A stretch of DNA of 64,000 nucleotides. Source: Opitutaceae bacterium (GTDB lineage Bacteria > Verrucomicrobiota > Verrucomicrobiia > Opitutales > Opitutaceae). Of the stretch, positions 9,228-18,280 are shown in pieces. The position numbers were made by a program, and so were the translations under genes. The stretch is taken from the NCBI GenBank assembly GCA_005792355.1, contig SXSC01000090.1:550-64549 (forward strand), in the 5' to 3' direction. The first letter of the stretch is position 1. Each line of letters begins with the position of its first letter. The notes below the pieces were generated by a model. It made no database searches and was not told the DNA's origin. It was given only the letters and a program-made list of their open reading frames with translations.

Positions 9228-10814
9228 TCAATTCCGGGTTTTCTTCCCCTTGCCCGATTTTGGGGCAATGACGGCGGGTTCGGGCGGGGTGGGGAGATTG
9301 TCGCGCGGCTGGTTCCAGAGCCGAAACGGGTCGTCGTGCCGGCGCATTTCGGCGAGGAGGAGTGCGCGCATTTCCGCCAGTTTGGCAGCGTGGCGGGGAT
9401 CGCCCGCGAGGTTGATTTGAAACGGCGCCGGTTTCCGGCCGGTGAGCGCGACGACGGCCGGATCGTGATGTTGCGCGAGCAGTTCGTCGGGGTTCTCCCG
9501 CAGGTTGAAGAGCTGCGTCTCGCGGACCCGGCCGTCGAACAGCTCGTATTCGATCAGTTTCCAGTCGCCCTGTTTCACGGCGCGCAGGCCCGGTCGCGGG
9601 CCGCCGCAAAAAACGCCGTAAAGCACCTCGCGCACGGCGGGGCGCCGGCCTTCGAGCACGGGGCGGAAGCTCAGGCCTTCGCTGGTGGCGGGCGCCGGTA
9701 CGCCGGCGAGATCGCAGAGCGTGGCGAGCACGTCGAGCAGGTAGATGTTCCCCTCGACGCGCGACCCGGGCTTGATCCCGGGACCCTTGACGATGAACGG
9801 CACGCGCCAGCTGTGCTGGTAGAGATTCTGCTTTCCCTGCAGTCCGTGGCGCCCGATGGCGATGCCGTGATCCGAGGTGTAGAAGATGTAGGTGTGGTCG
9901 AGTTCGCCCATCGCCTCGAGGCGTCGCAGCACGCGGTCGATTTGCGTGTCGATGTTCTCGCTGCAGGCGAATTCGCGGCCGAGTTCGTTGCGCATGGTGC
10001 GTTCGTCGCGCCGGTCCCACACACCGCTGACCTGCGATTCGTCGCGCTGGTCGGGGACGTTGTGGGGAAACGGATGCGCCGGCAGGTAGTTGGGCGGCAG
10101 TCGTGGCTGGAGCGGATGCGCGGGCGGCGGGCGCTCGCGGTCGGTGTGGTTGGTGGCGCCGTATTTCGCGAGCAGCTCCGGCTTGCCGTCGCGGGTGTCG
10201 TGCGGGTGGGAGAAGCCGAAGTGGATCAGAAAAGGGCGCGGATCCTTTCCCGCCTCACGCTCGCGGAGGTAGTCGAGCACCTGCTCGGCGTGCCACGCGC
10301 TGCCGGTCTCGTCGGTGGGCCCAACCATGCGGGCGTCGCGACGCACGGCGAAGAGCCGGTTGGCGGCCTCGTAGCTGTTGCCCGTTTTGCAGGTGCGCAT
10401 CGTGGCGTAACCGGCGCGATTGAAGACGGCGGGAATCGTCTGCTGCGGCAGATCGGGCGGGACGAGGGCGGGGTTGCCGGTGTGCGGATTGAAGTTGCGC
10501 CCGCTGCTGTCGGGGATGTGCCAGACGGTGCGCCCGCTCATGATCATGTGCCGCGACGGTGTGCAGACGGCGCTGATCCAGGCGCCCATGTGATAGGCGC
10601 CGTCGAAGACCATGCCTTCGGCCGCGAGGCGATCGATGGTCGGCGACTGCAGGGGCGAGGCGGGATTGTAGCACTTGAAGTCGAACGGCGACTGATCGTC
10701 GACGACGATGAAGAGCAGGTTCGGCCGCTTGGGCGGGGTCGTCGCGGCGGCGCGGAGACTGGCGCCACCGGCGGCGGCAAGGAGGATTGCGATGAGGAGG
10801 GCGCGAATTGGCAT
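9228..10814 (-). CDS. Sulfatase (Cys-type, choline-sulfatase-like)
   Basis: Signal peptide; PNLLFIVVDDQ, AVCTPSRHMIMSGR, YTSDHG, GKQNLY. Confidence 0.93.
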   Translation of the reverse strand: MPIRALLIAILLAAAGGASLRAAATTPPKRPNLLFIVVDDQSPFDFKCYNPASPLQSPTIDRLAAEGMVFDGAYHMGAWISAVCTPSRHMIMSGRTVWHIPDSSGRNFNPHTGNPALVPPDLPQQTIPAVFNRAGYATMRTCKTGNSYEAANRLFAVRRDARMVGPTDETGSAWHAEQVLDYLREREAGKDPRPFLIHFGFSHPHDTRDGKPELLAKYGATNHTDRERPPPAHPLQPRLPPNYLPAHPFPHNVPDQRDESQVSGVWDRRDERTMRNELGREFACSENIDTQIDRVLRRLEAMGELDHTYIFYTSDHGIAIGRHGLQGKQNLYQHSWRVPFIVKGPGIKPGSRVEGNIYLLDVLATLCDLAGVPAPATSEGLSFRPVLEGRRPAVREVLYGVFCGGPRPGLRAVKQGDWKLIEYELFDGRVRETQLFNLRENPDELLAQHHDPAVVALTGRKPAPFQINLAGDPRHAAKLAEMRALLLAEMRRHDDPFRLWNQPRDNLPTPPEPAVIAPKSGKGKKTRN

Positions 10815-11150
10815 TTTAACCGCAGATTTCACAGATACGAACCGGATAAAAGGCAACGGTGGCGGGGACGGGGATGGATTTTATCCGGCAGGCATCGGGG
10901 CAACCTGAGGTTCCAAAACCTGCTCGCTGGGCTTGCCCGCCGGAGGTGGGTTGCGGCCCCGTGCCGCGGTGGGCTACTATTGATACATTTCGATCCTGGT
11001 TGAGACGATTTCTTGCCACCGAGATCACGGAGGGAAAAGAGAGGCCACAGGGCGGAGGAGCGGGCGTTCTTTTCCGGTGGTCTTCTCTGTGACCTCCTGC
11101 CGGGCCTCAGTGACCTCTGTGACCAGCGGTTTGATTCCTTCGGTTGCGGT
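10815..11150. repeat. Two degenerate intergenic inverted repeats built from ~9-bp periodic units
   Basis: aaccgcagatttcacagatacgaaccggataaaa ... ttttatccgg...cctgaggtt (10818-10912) and ccaccgagatcacggag...ccacag ... ctctgtgacctc...cagtgacctctgtg (11016-11121). Confidence 0.5.
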
Positions 11151-11180
11151 CGACGCGTTAGGAAATCTCCGGGCCAGAGT

Positions 11181-14090
11181 TCAGAACTTGAAAGAATTCG
11201 TGAGCGTGATCATCCGCGGGTCGGTGTAGCGCGGGTAGCGGGCGATGCGGCCCTGGTTCGTCACGTTGTTGCCGGCGTTGTCGACGTTGAGCTGGCCGGT
11301 CCAGCGCACCCGGCCGATCTTCGCGGTGTATTTGAGGAACGGACTCATGACGAATTCGTCCGCGTTCAGACGCTCCGGAATCATGAGCTGCCCGGTAATG
11401 GTCAACCCGCCCGGGTCGCGCACGCGGCCGTGGGCCCAGCGGAACGAGGTGCCGAGACTCAGCCCGCGGAAACGACCCTCGCGCACATCATACCGCGTGA
11501 CGAAGCTGCCGCGATACTGCTTCGGCTGCACGTCGTCCGCGCTCTGGTTGGCGATGAAATCATGGCTGGCGCTGAGGGCGGCCTCGATCTCCGCGGTCGA
11601 TCGGCCGAGCGATCTTAGATGCGCCTCGGACCGCGCGACCTTGGTCCGAAATTGCGGGACGGACGAGGCGCGCCGGTTTTGCGTGGTGCCAAAGCCGAGC
11701 CGGGCCGTCCAGTTGCGCGCAAGGTTCGCGGTGAGCTCGAGTTCCATGCCCGTGGTGTCGCGGTCATTGGAGTCGTCGAGGCCGACGATGCGATCGGGCG
11801 ACCCCGCGGCCACGCCTTGATCGAGCGCGGCGTTCACCTCGGTGCGGAGCGCGGCGGTGATGGCGGTGCGGTTGTTGCCCGAGGTGTTGTGGTAATGGAC
11901 AAAGGTGGCGTGGAGGCGGTTCCTGAGCAGGTTGAAACGCAGCCCGTAGTCGACGCCGGAACCCTGCGTGGGCGCCCGCGCCGCACCGAAAAGATCCGTG
12001 CCGACATTGTCGGTGAACAGCGCGGATTCCTGATACGAAGCCGTGACGGCGACCCAGTCGGTGAGACGGTAGACGGCGCCGTAGCTCGTGTTGGTCTTCC
12101 AAGTGTCGGCGAGCGGCATCGTCGGGATGTTGGCGGCGTTGTGGTCGAGGGGAATGCCGGCGGCATCGACAAAACGAAATTCCTGGAAGTCGCCGAAAGC
12201 GCGGGTGGGGAGGTTGGCCGCCTGTTTCCAATGATCGCGGCTGAGACCGAGGCTGGTGTGCAACCGGCCCTTGAAAAATGTGCCGAGGTGCTGGAAGACG
12301 CCGGTGCTCAGCGACTGATCGAAATACTGCAGCCCACCGGAACCGTTGATGAAGTAGTCGAGCACGCCCGGGCTCCGCGGGACCTTCAATTTGTCGCCGT
12401 TGCCCTCCTTGAAATAATACCAGGGTGTGACGACGTTGTTGGCGAGACGCGCGCCGACTCCGGTGTAACCGCGGCGGGCGATCTCCTCCTTGGTGAGACC
12501 CCAGTTGCTGTTTTGGATCCGGTAGATTTCGTCGCGATGATTGGCGCTGAGGATGAAGCGGTGGCTGGTTTTGCCCAACTCGAGATTGTAGACCCCGATG
12601 AGGCGCACGGACTCGATGTTGTGCTCCTCGAGCCGGCGGGTGATGGTGCCGCCGATGAATTGCCGCTCGTAATTCGGGTTGGCGATCGTGCGCATGGGGT
12701 CGGTGGGGAAAGCCGGATCGGGCAGCCGCGGATTCACGTCGACGAAGACGGCGCGCACGTTGCCGCCGGCGATGTTGCCGTTGCGGGTCAGGCTTTGCGC
12801 GGTGGTCTCGTCCTGCCGGTTGTAGGCGAGCCAGACGTCGAACTGGCGGGACACCCGGTGCTGCACGGAGAGATTCGCCGCCTGGTAGCCGTAATCGACC
12901 CCGGCGTCCGGACCGGCCCAGTCCTGATGCAATGGATACCACGAGACCGGGATGGGCAAGATGGGAATGCGGCTGGGGTTTTGCGGGTCGGTCGCGCTGG
13001 TGGCGGCGGCCCCCTGGATGATCGTCGAGATGCGATAGACCGGAAAGGGATCGGTCGTGCCCATGGTCTGCAGATTGTAGAACTGGCCGCCGATCATCGT
13101 CCACGCATGCGCGTCGGCGGTGGCGGTGGGCGGCGCGGCGAGGCGGGCCATGCCGACGCCGTTGGTCTGGACGCCGGTGAGGTTGGGATTGGCGTCGCGG
13201 GCGATGGTGCCGCTGCCTGGAACGTAGGCGGCCATCTGGTTGTTCAACGCGGTGTGGCTGAGATGGGTGGTCATGTCGCCCCGCTCGTAGGTGGCGTCGA
13301 CGACGGTCCGGCCATGCTTGAAGGGCTGGTAGCGCAGTGCGCCCGCCGCGGCGCGGAGCTCGCGATTGGTGTTTTCGTGCCAGCCCTCAAGGTTGGAATC
13401 GATCAGGTTGAGCCGCGCGGCGAGCGTCTTGGCCGCCAGCGTGCGGTTGAGATCCAGGGTGAACCGCCGGGAGCCGCGATCGTCGAACCGGGCCGCCACC
13501 TCGCTCTCGTTGCGAAACTGGCCGCGTTTGCTCGTGAGGTTGATCACGCCGGTGGCGTCGGTGTCGCCGTAGGCGATGCCGCCGGGCCCGCGGGAAATCT
13601 CGATCCGTTCGGTGTTGTAGGAATCCTGCGGCGTGTAGGTGGGGAAGCCGTCCTTGAGCTGGCGGACCGACGGCAGACCGCGGAAATTGATCTGGTTGCC
13701 GGAGCGGGCGCCGACGGGCGCGCCGACCTGCATGTTGTCGTTGTAGATATTGTCGGCGCCGACGGCGAATTCGGCCGCCTGGAAAAAATCGGTGATGCCG
13801 AGATCGGCCATGAATTCGGCGTTCATGACCGAGATCGAATTCGGGAGGTTGGCGAGTGCCTCGTTGGTGCGGGTGCCGCTCATCGCGGTCGAGGATTCGT
13901 AGCCGACGTCGGCATTGGCCGTGACCTCGAACGGGCTGAGGGTGACGGGATCCGACCTGGCGGGCGTGGGGGCGGCGGGGGCCGGCGCGACGACGGTTTG
14001 CGCCGATGTGGTCGGCGGGCTGCCCAAGGCGGTCGCGAGGAGCGCGACGGTGCACGCGAGGTTTCGCTGACGAAAGGCTGGGACGTTCAT
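11181..14090 (-). CDS. TonB-dependent receptor (Opitutaceae-type)
   Basis: Signal peptide; VTLSPFEV TonB-box region, GYESSTAMSGTR, plug ERIEISRGPGGIAYG; 969 aa; terminal ITLTNSFKF. Confidence 0.92.
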   Translation of the reverse strand: MNVPAFRQRNLACTVALLATALGSPPTTSAQTVVAPAPAAPTPARSDPVTLSPFEVTANADVGYESSTAMSGTRTNEALANLPNSISVMNAEFMADLGITDFFQAAEFAVGADNIYNDNMQVGAPVGARSGNQINFRGLPSVRQLKDGFPTYTPQDSYNTERIEISRGPGGIAYGDTDATGVINLTSKRGQFRNESEVAARFDDRGSRRFTLDLNRTLAAKTLAARLNLIDSNLEGWHENTNRELRAAAGALRYQPFKHGRTVVDATYERGDMTTHLSHTALNNQMAAYVPGSGTIARDANPNLTGVQTNGVGMARLAAPPTATADAHAWTMIGGQFYNLQTMGTTDPFPVYRISTIIQGAAATSATDPQNPSRIPILPIPVSWYPLHQDWAGPDAGVDYGYQAANLSVQHRVSRQFDVWLAYNRQDETTAQSLTRNGNIAGGNVRAVFVDVNPRLPDPAFPTDPMRTIANPNYERQFIGGTITRRLEEHNIESVRLIGVYNLELGKTSHRFILSANHRDEIYRIQNSNWGLTKEEIARRGYTGVGARLANNVVTPWYYFKEGNGDKLKVPRSPGVLDYFINGSGGLQYFDQSLSTGVFQHLGTFFKGRLHTSLGLSRDHWKQAANLPTRAFGDFQEFRFVDAAGIPLDHNAANIPTMPLADTWKTNTSYGAVYRLTDWVAVTASYQESALFTDNVGTDLFGAARAPTQGSGVDYGLRFNLLRNRLHATFVHYHNTSGNNRTAITAALRTEVNAALDQGVAAGSPDRIVGLDDSNDRDTTGMELELTANLARNWTARLGFGTTQNRRASSVPQFRTKVARSEAHLRSLGRSTAEIEAALSASHDFIANQSADDVQPKQYRGSFVTRYDVREGRFRGLSLGTSFRWAHGRVRDPGGLTITGQLMIPERLNADEFVMSPFLKYTAKIGRVRWTGQLNVDNAGNNVTNQGRIARYPRYTDPRMITLTNSFKF

Positions 14091-14319
14091 CGGATGGGGT
14101 TTGGTTGGTGGGGGAGGACGGCTGGCCGCGCGGGCCGGCGGACGGGGACTCCGCGGACGGCGGGGCGGTGCGCGCCACCTGGGTCGCCGGAAAATGACCG
14201 AACCGGCGTGCCGGAGTCGAAATAATTCCCGGCGTCAGATCGTTTTATCGAGGCGCTCCGCGCGGGAGCAACCAGCGTGGCAGGAACGTCGGCTTGGATG
14301 CGTGGCTTGGATGGGTGGA

Positions 14320-14380
14320 GGAGCGGGTTTACCCCGTGATTCCTCATCGGAGCGAATGCATCGCGGGGTAAACCCGCTCC
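14320..14380. repeat. REP doublet (inverted pair, GTAG-type-like)
   Basis: GGAGCGGGTTTACCCCGTGAT (14320-14340) and ATCGCGGGGTAAACCCGCTCC (14360-14380), one mismatch. Confidence 0.75.
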
Positions 14381-14436
14381 GACAAATAATCCGGAGTTTG
14401 CAACCGGGGATGCTTTGCTCCGCCGGCCGGGGTTTG

Positions 14437-14516
14437 AAAATCTTCCTCCCCTTAATCTTCCTGCCTCAATTCCGGGAGCCTTGGAGGTAGGAAGATTGGA
14501 TCGCAGGAAGATTTTT
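14437..14516. repeat. Inverted repeat built from tandem ATCTTCCT units
   Basis: aaaatcttcctccccttaatcttcctgcctc ... gaggtaggaagattggatcgcaggaagattttt. Confidence 0.6.
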
Positions 14517-14535
14517 CGGACGGAATCCCCGCGGG

Positions 14536-14558
14536 TTTGTCATCCAATGGATGACAAA
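14536..14558. promoter_or_regulatory. Perfect 23-bp palindrome, TGTCA-N3-AWT-N3-TGACA family (operator or short palindromic repeat)
   Basis: TTTGTCATCCA-A-TGGATGACAAA, upstream of TBDR 11181-14090. Confidence 0.6.
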
Positions 14559-14589
14559 GATTTCCGGCTCAGCCGGACCCAGGCGGTTC

Positions 14590-14736
14590 AACCACGAATG
14601 GACCCGAAACGACACGAATGAAAATACGTGCGCGACGATGCGCGGAAATCAGACACCGGCCGGTGCCCCAGAATCTCCGCGCGATTCCGGGCACGGCCTG
14701 CTCCGAATATGTGTTTTTCGTGTCCGCTCGTGGTTA
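14590..14736. repeat. Degenerate inverted repeat of the CACGAA periodic type
   Basis: aaccacgaatggacccgaaacgacacgaat ... tgtgtttttcgtgtccgctcgtggtt. Confidence 0.5.
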
Positions 14737-14803
14737 AGCGGTTTTGATCTTTTTTGCCGCCAACGCCTGCGCACCATCAACCGTCTTTGCACGACTGGGC
14801 CTG

Positions 14804-17800
14804 TCAGAAGCGGCCGGTGAGGCCGGCGACAATCTTCATCGGGAACGTCCGGTTGTTTACGATCCGGTCCGGATACGCGGCGTAGATCGTGTCGAGCGGA
14901 ACGGAGAAGATGTTGTCCAGATCAAGGAAAACACTCAGTCGCCTCGATACGGCATACCGCGATTTCCAACCCCACGAGGTCTTGGCCTTTTGGTACTGCA
15001 CGAGCGCGGGGTTGGTCGAATTGCTCGTCAGGTATTCGCCGCGATGGACGGCTTGCACGCGGAGGTCAAAACCGTGCCCGCGGTAGCTCAGGCCGAGGTT
15101 GCCGGTCTTCTTCACGAAGTTCGCCAGGCTGTTCGTCGTGAGCACCGCCGTACCGCCGTAGTTTCCCTCGGTCCTGAGAAACGTGAGGTTGGCATTGAAG
15201 CCGAATCCCCTGGCCCAACCGGGCAGGAAGGTCAGTTGCTGCTGGTAGCTGAACTCGAGGCCTTCGATCTTCGCTGAACCGCCATTGGCCTGCGTGGTCA
15301 GCCCATAGCCGGCGTACTGGCCGTCGAAGCCGTTGTCGGTGCCGTTGCCGATGATCTGGCTGCTGTCGGTGTAGATGTAGTCCTTGATTTTCTTCCGGAA
15401 GGCGCCCACGGAAAGCGAACCCTGCGGCCGGAAGTAGTACTCCGCGGACAAGTCATAGTTGTTCGCGTATTGCGGTTCGAGGTTCGGGTTGCTGACGGTC
15501 ACGCGCATGGTGTCGTCGTTCACGGTGTCGTTGGGGATGATCGAACCGAAGGTCGGGCGACCGAGTCCGGTCGACCAGCTGGCGCGCGTCACGAGTCCGG
15601 CGATGGGCTCGTACTTCAGGTGAACCCCGGGCAACACCACGCGGTATTGGCCGCGATTCGTGGCCCGGCCGCCGAACTGGGCCTCGGCGCGGCGCACCGT
15701 TTCGGCATCGGTCACCACGCCGACCCACGCGGCGCGACGCGCCTTCTCCGCCGGAGAAATGTAATTCAACGGACCCTCGCCCGCGACCCGCGTGTCCTCG
15801 ACGCGGGCGCCGGCCAGCAGCGACACCTGGCCGAGACGGATGTGACCCATGAAGTAGGCGGCGCCGATCTGCTCGGTGACAAACCTGAGGGCCTGCAGTT
15901 TGGTGGGAGCACCGAAGGCCACGTCGTCCTTCCAAAGTTGCGGATTCTCTTTCAGGTGGCGCGCGATGCCGTAGGGTGTGGGCCAGACCGGCGCCCCGCC
16001 GCGATCGCGGTACGTGGCATTTTCGTCGAGGCGATGATAGCCGGTGCGATCGGTGAACTGCCCGAGGTCCTGGTTGTCATCGGTGTTGCCCAAAATTCCG
16101 TCCGGCCCGGTGTAGTTGTAGCGCCGGTTTTCTCCCCAGAGTTTCCGCTCCTGTCGCTTGTAGGTGAATCCGGTCTTGAAATAAGCCGGCAGCGTGAACC
16201 GCAGGTCCTTCTTCAAGTTGAATTTTCCGCCGAGCACGGTGTCGGTGGAGCGCTTGTCGTTCTGCGTGATCAGCAGATTGGTGTAGTTGTTCAGATTGTA
16301 CATGTCCGGACCCTCAGTCTGGGTGATCGTCGGAATCACGCCGTCCTTGGAGCGGTCGACCGTCCAGCCGATGTTTCCCTGTCGCAGGGTGACGACGTTT
16401 TGCGGTACACCGTTGTACGCCGCCGCGTTGGAGTAACTCGCGCTGTAGTCGATGAGCAGACCGTCGAAGCGATGGCGCACCATCGGCTGAAACAGCATCG
16501 TCCGTCCGGAATTGTCCCACGCGTTGACCGAGATGGCATTGGTCGAAAGGGTCGGGTGCGCGTACACGCGGGTGACGCCATCGCTGTAGTTGGGATTGAT
16601 GTACCCGCCGCTGAGACGGCGGCCGCTCGCGTCCACGGTGGCGAGAACCTGCGGCGTGGCGGCGGTGGCGACGCCGACGGTCGCGAGCGTGCTCAGGCGG
16701 GTGTCGGGGTTTTCAAAATAGTAGTTGTACGACGTGCTGAGGGAGATCGTGGTTTGCGCGCTCCAGCGGTAGTCCACCTTCAAGCCGCTCGCGACGCGGG
16801 AGCGGGTGGCGTTCTCGACGCGCCGGCCCATCGAAAAATCATAGACGGGGCCGGGCTCGTTTTTTCGCTCATAGCTTTGGATCGTGGTCGAACCGGCGCC
16901 CGGCTGGCTATGCACCGTGCCGGTGAGCGTGATGCCGAGGTTGCGCTTTTCCCCGAGGACATCCGAGTAGCTGAAATTCATGGAGGGACCAAAACCCTCG
17001 ATGGGCGCTTTCCACGTGGGGGCCGAGGCCTTGTGGGTGGTGCGGGTGATGAAGCCGAGGGTGTAGGTGAAGACGCGGCCGCCCGCGCGATCGAAGGCGC
17101 TCTTCGTCACCAGATTCACGCTTCCGCCGATGGAGGCTCCGTCCATGTCGGGGGTCGGCGCCTTCGTCAGCTCGATGGTTTCGATGTTGCCGAGGGACGC
17201 CTGATCGAACTCGAAGGCGCGGCCGCCGTTGGCGGACTGGGCGCTCGCCACCTGCAGGCCGTCCATCGTGACGGCGTTCAATTCGGGTCCGACGCCGCGG
17301 ATGCTGACCTGGCGCACATCGTGGCCGTTGTAGTTGGCCGACATCCCGGCCATGTGCTGGAGCAAATCGCCGATGTTGCCGTCGGCCACGTTGCCAAAGG
17401 TGTCCGAGGAGACCACGGCCTTCACGTTGGGCGCGTGTCGCTGGAGCGTCTCGGCGAGGGCGGTCCCTTCGCGCTCCCCGGCCACGGTGAATTTTTCCAG
17501 TTTGTAGACTTCCGAGGTGAGCGCGATATTACGCTCGACGGTTCCGCCGGATGTCACCGTCACCGGAATCCGCTGTAGATCCAGCCCACTGAAACTCACG
17601 ATCAGGGTCGCCGGTCCGGCGGGCATGGCGCCGAACTGATAGCGGCCCTCCCGATCCGTGAGGACGGTGCGGTTGGTGCCCAACAGTTCGACGACGGCGC
17701 CTTCGAGGAAGGAACGCGTGGCGGCATTGCTCACCTGGCCGGTGACCGTGCCGGTGGCCGAAGTTTGGATACGGGGCGGCGGGGTGTCGGCGGCGGCGGC

Positions 17801-17866
17801 AGGCGTCGACGGCGGCAAGCCGACGACCGACGCGAGCAGGAGGATTAACGGTAAAGTGGCTTTCAT
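14804..17866 (-). CDS. TonB-dependent receptor with N-terminal carboxypeptidase-regulatory-like domain
   Basis: Signal peptide; TGTVTGQVSN...LEGAVV...TDREGRY; GEREG, plug IELTKAPTPDMDG; terminal AGLTGRF; 1020 aa. Confidence 0.93.
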   Translation of the reverse strand: MKATLPLILLLASVVGLPPSTPAAAADTPPPRIQTSATGTVTGQVSNAATRSFLEGAVVELLGTNRTVLTDREGRYQFGAMPAGPATLIVSFSGLDLQRIPVTVTSGGTVERNIALTSEVYKLEKFTVAGEREGTALAETLQRHAPNVKAVVSSDTFGNVADGNIGDLLQHMAGMSANYNGHDVRQVSIRGVGPELNAVTMDGLQVASAQSANGGRAFEFDQASLGNIETIELTKAPTPDMDGASIGGSVNLVTKSAFDRAGGRVFTYTLGFITRTTHKASAPTWKAPIEGFGPSMNFSYSDVLGEKRNLGITLTGTVHSQPGAGSTTIQSYERKNEPGPVYDFSMGRRVENATRSRVASGLKVDYRWSAQTTISLSTSYNYYFENPDTRLSTLATVGVATAATPQVLATVDASGRRLSGGYINPNYSDGVTRVYAHPTLSTNAISVNAWDNSGRTMLFQPMVRHRFDGLLIDYSASYSNAAAYNGVPQNVVTLRQGNIGWTVDRSKDGVIPTITQTEGPDMYNLNNYTNLLITQNDKRSTDTVLGGKFNLKKDLRFTLPAYFKTGFTYKRQERKLWGENRRYNYTGPDGILGNTDDNQDLGQFTDRTGYHRLDENATYRDRGGAPVWPTPYGIARHLKENPQLWKDDVAFGAPTKLQALRFVTEQIGAAYFMGHIRLGQVSLLAGARVEDTRVAGEGPLNYISPAEKARRAAWVGVVTDAETVRRAEAQFGGRATNRGQYRVVLPGVHLKYEPIAGLVTRASWSTGLGRPTFGSIIPNDTVNDDTMRVTVSNPNLEPQYANNYDLSAEYYFRPQGSLSVGAFRKKIKDYIYTDSSQIIGNGTDNGFDGQYAGYGLTTQANGGSAKIEGLEFSYQQQLTFLPGWARGFGFNANLTFLRTEGNYGGTAVLTTNSLANFVKKTGNLGLSYRGHGFDLRVQAVHRGEYLTSNSTNPALVQYQKAKTSWGWKSRYAVSRRLSVFLDLDNIFSVPLDTIYAAYPDRIVNNRTFPMKIVAGLTGRF

Positions 17867-18162
17867 GGATTGGGGTGAGGTTGGTGGGCGAGCCGTTCAG
17901 CGGGATCGCGGAATAGAGGGGGCGAGGCGGAACGGTCTCGCGCCGATACAGGACCCGGCAGGTGGGCGGCGTCAACGGCGCATCCCGCCGCCGGCACGCT
18001 TCAGGATTGTAGGTCTGGGAACAACGGGAGGGGCGCTTTCCGCGCTCCGCGAGCTTCGCGTTAGTTTCTGATGCCATCATGGTGACAAACATGGCGGTTT
18101 CTGCGCTCGAATAGTCAGCCATTCCGAAGAATCGCCGAACCCACCAGCTGCGTTTTTCTTTA

Positions 18163-18181
18163 TGTCATCCAATAGATGAAA
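18163..18181. promoter_or_regulatory. Degenerate copy of the TGTCA-N3-AWT-N3-TGACA palindrome
   Basis: TGTCATCCAATAGATGAAA (2 differences from the 14538-14556 core) in an AT-rich patch of the divergent region between the TBDR and the lyase. Confidence 0.5.
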
Positions 18182-18280
18182 TTCTAATCCGGAGATATGC
18201 CGGCATGCGGCGTGACTTCGCGGGCAGGGGTGTCGTCTTGGATCGGAGCATTCGCTTCACGCGGCGCTACCACCCCTACG

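Noticed and set aside
8721-17578. Very long alternative ORFs (8721-11003, 11619-14225, 15470-17578)
   Set aside because: They overlap well-supported sulfatase and TBDR genes on the opposite strand and are expected stop-free shadow frames.
17867-18280. Riboswitch upstream of TBDRs (also 14091-14800 and 29538-29830)
   Set aside because: No cobalamin or TPP consensus elements recognised by eye. An Rfam/Infernal scan is needed to exclude one fully.
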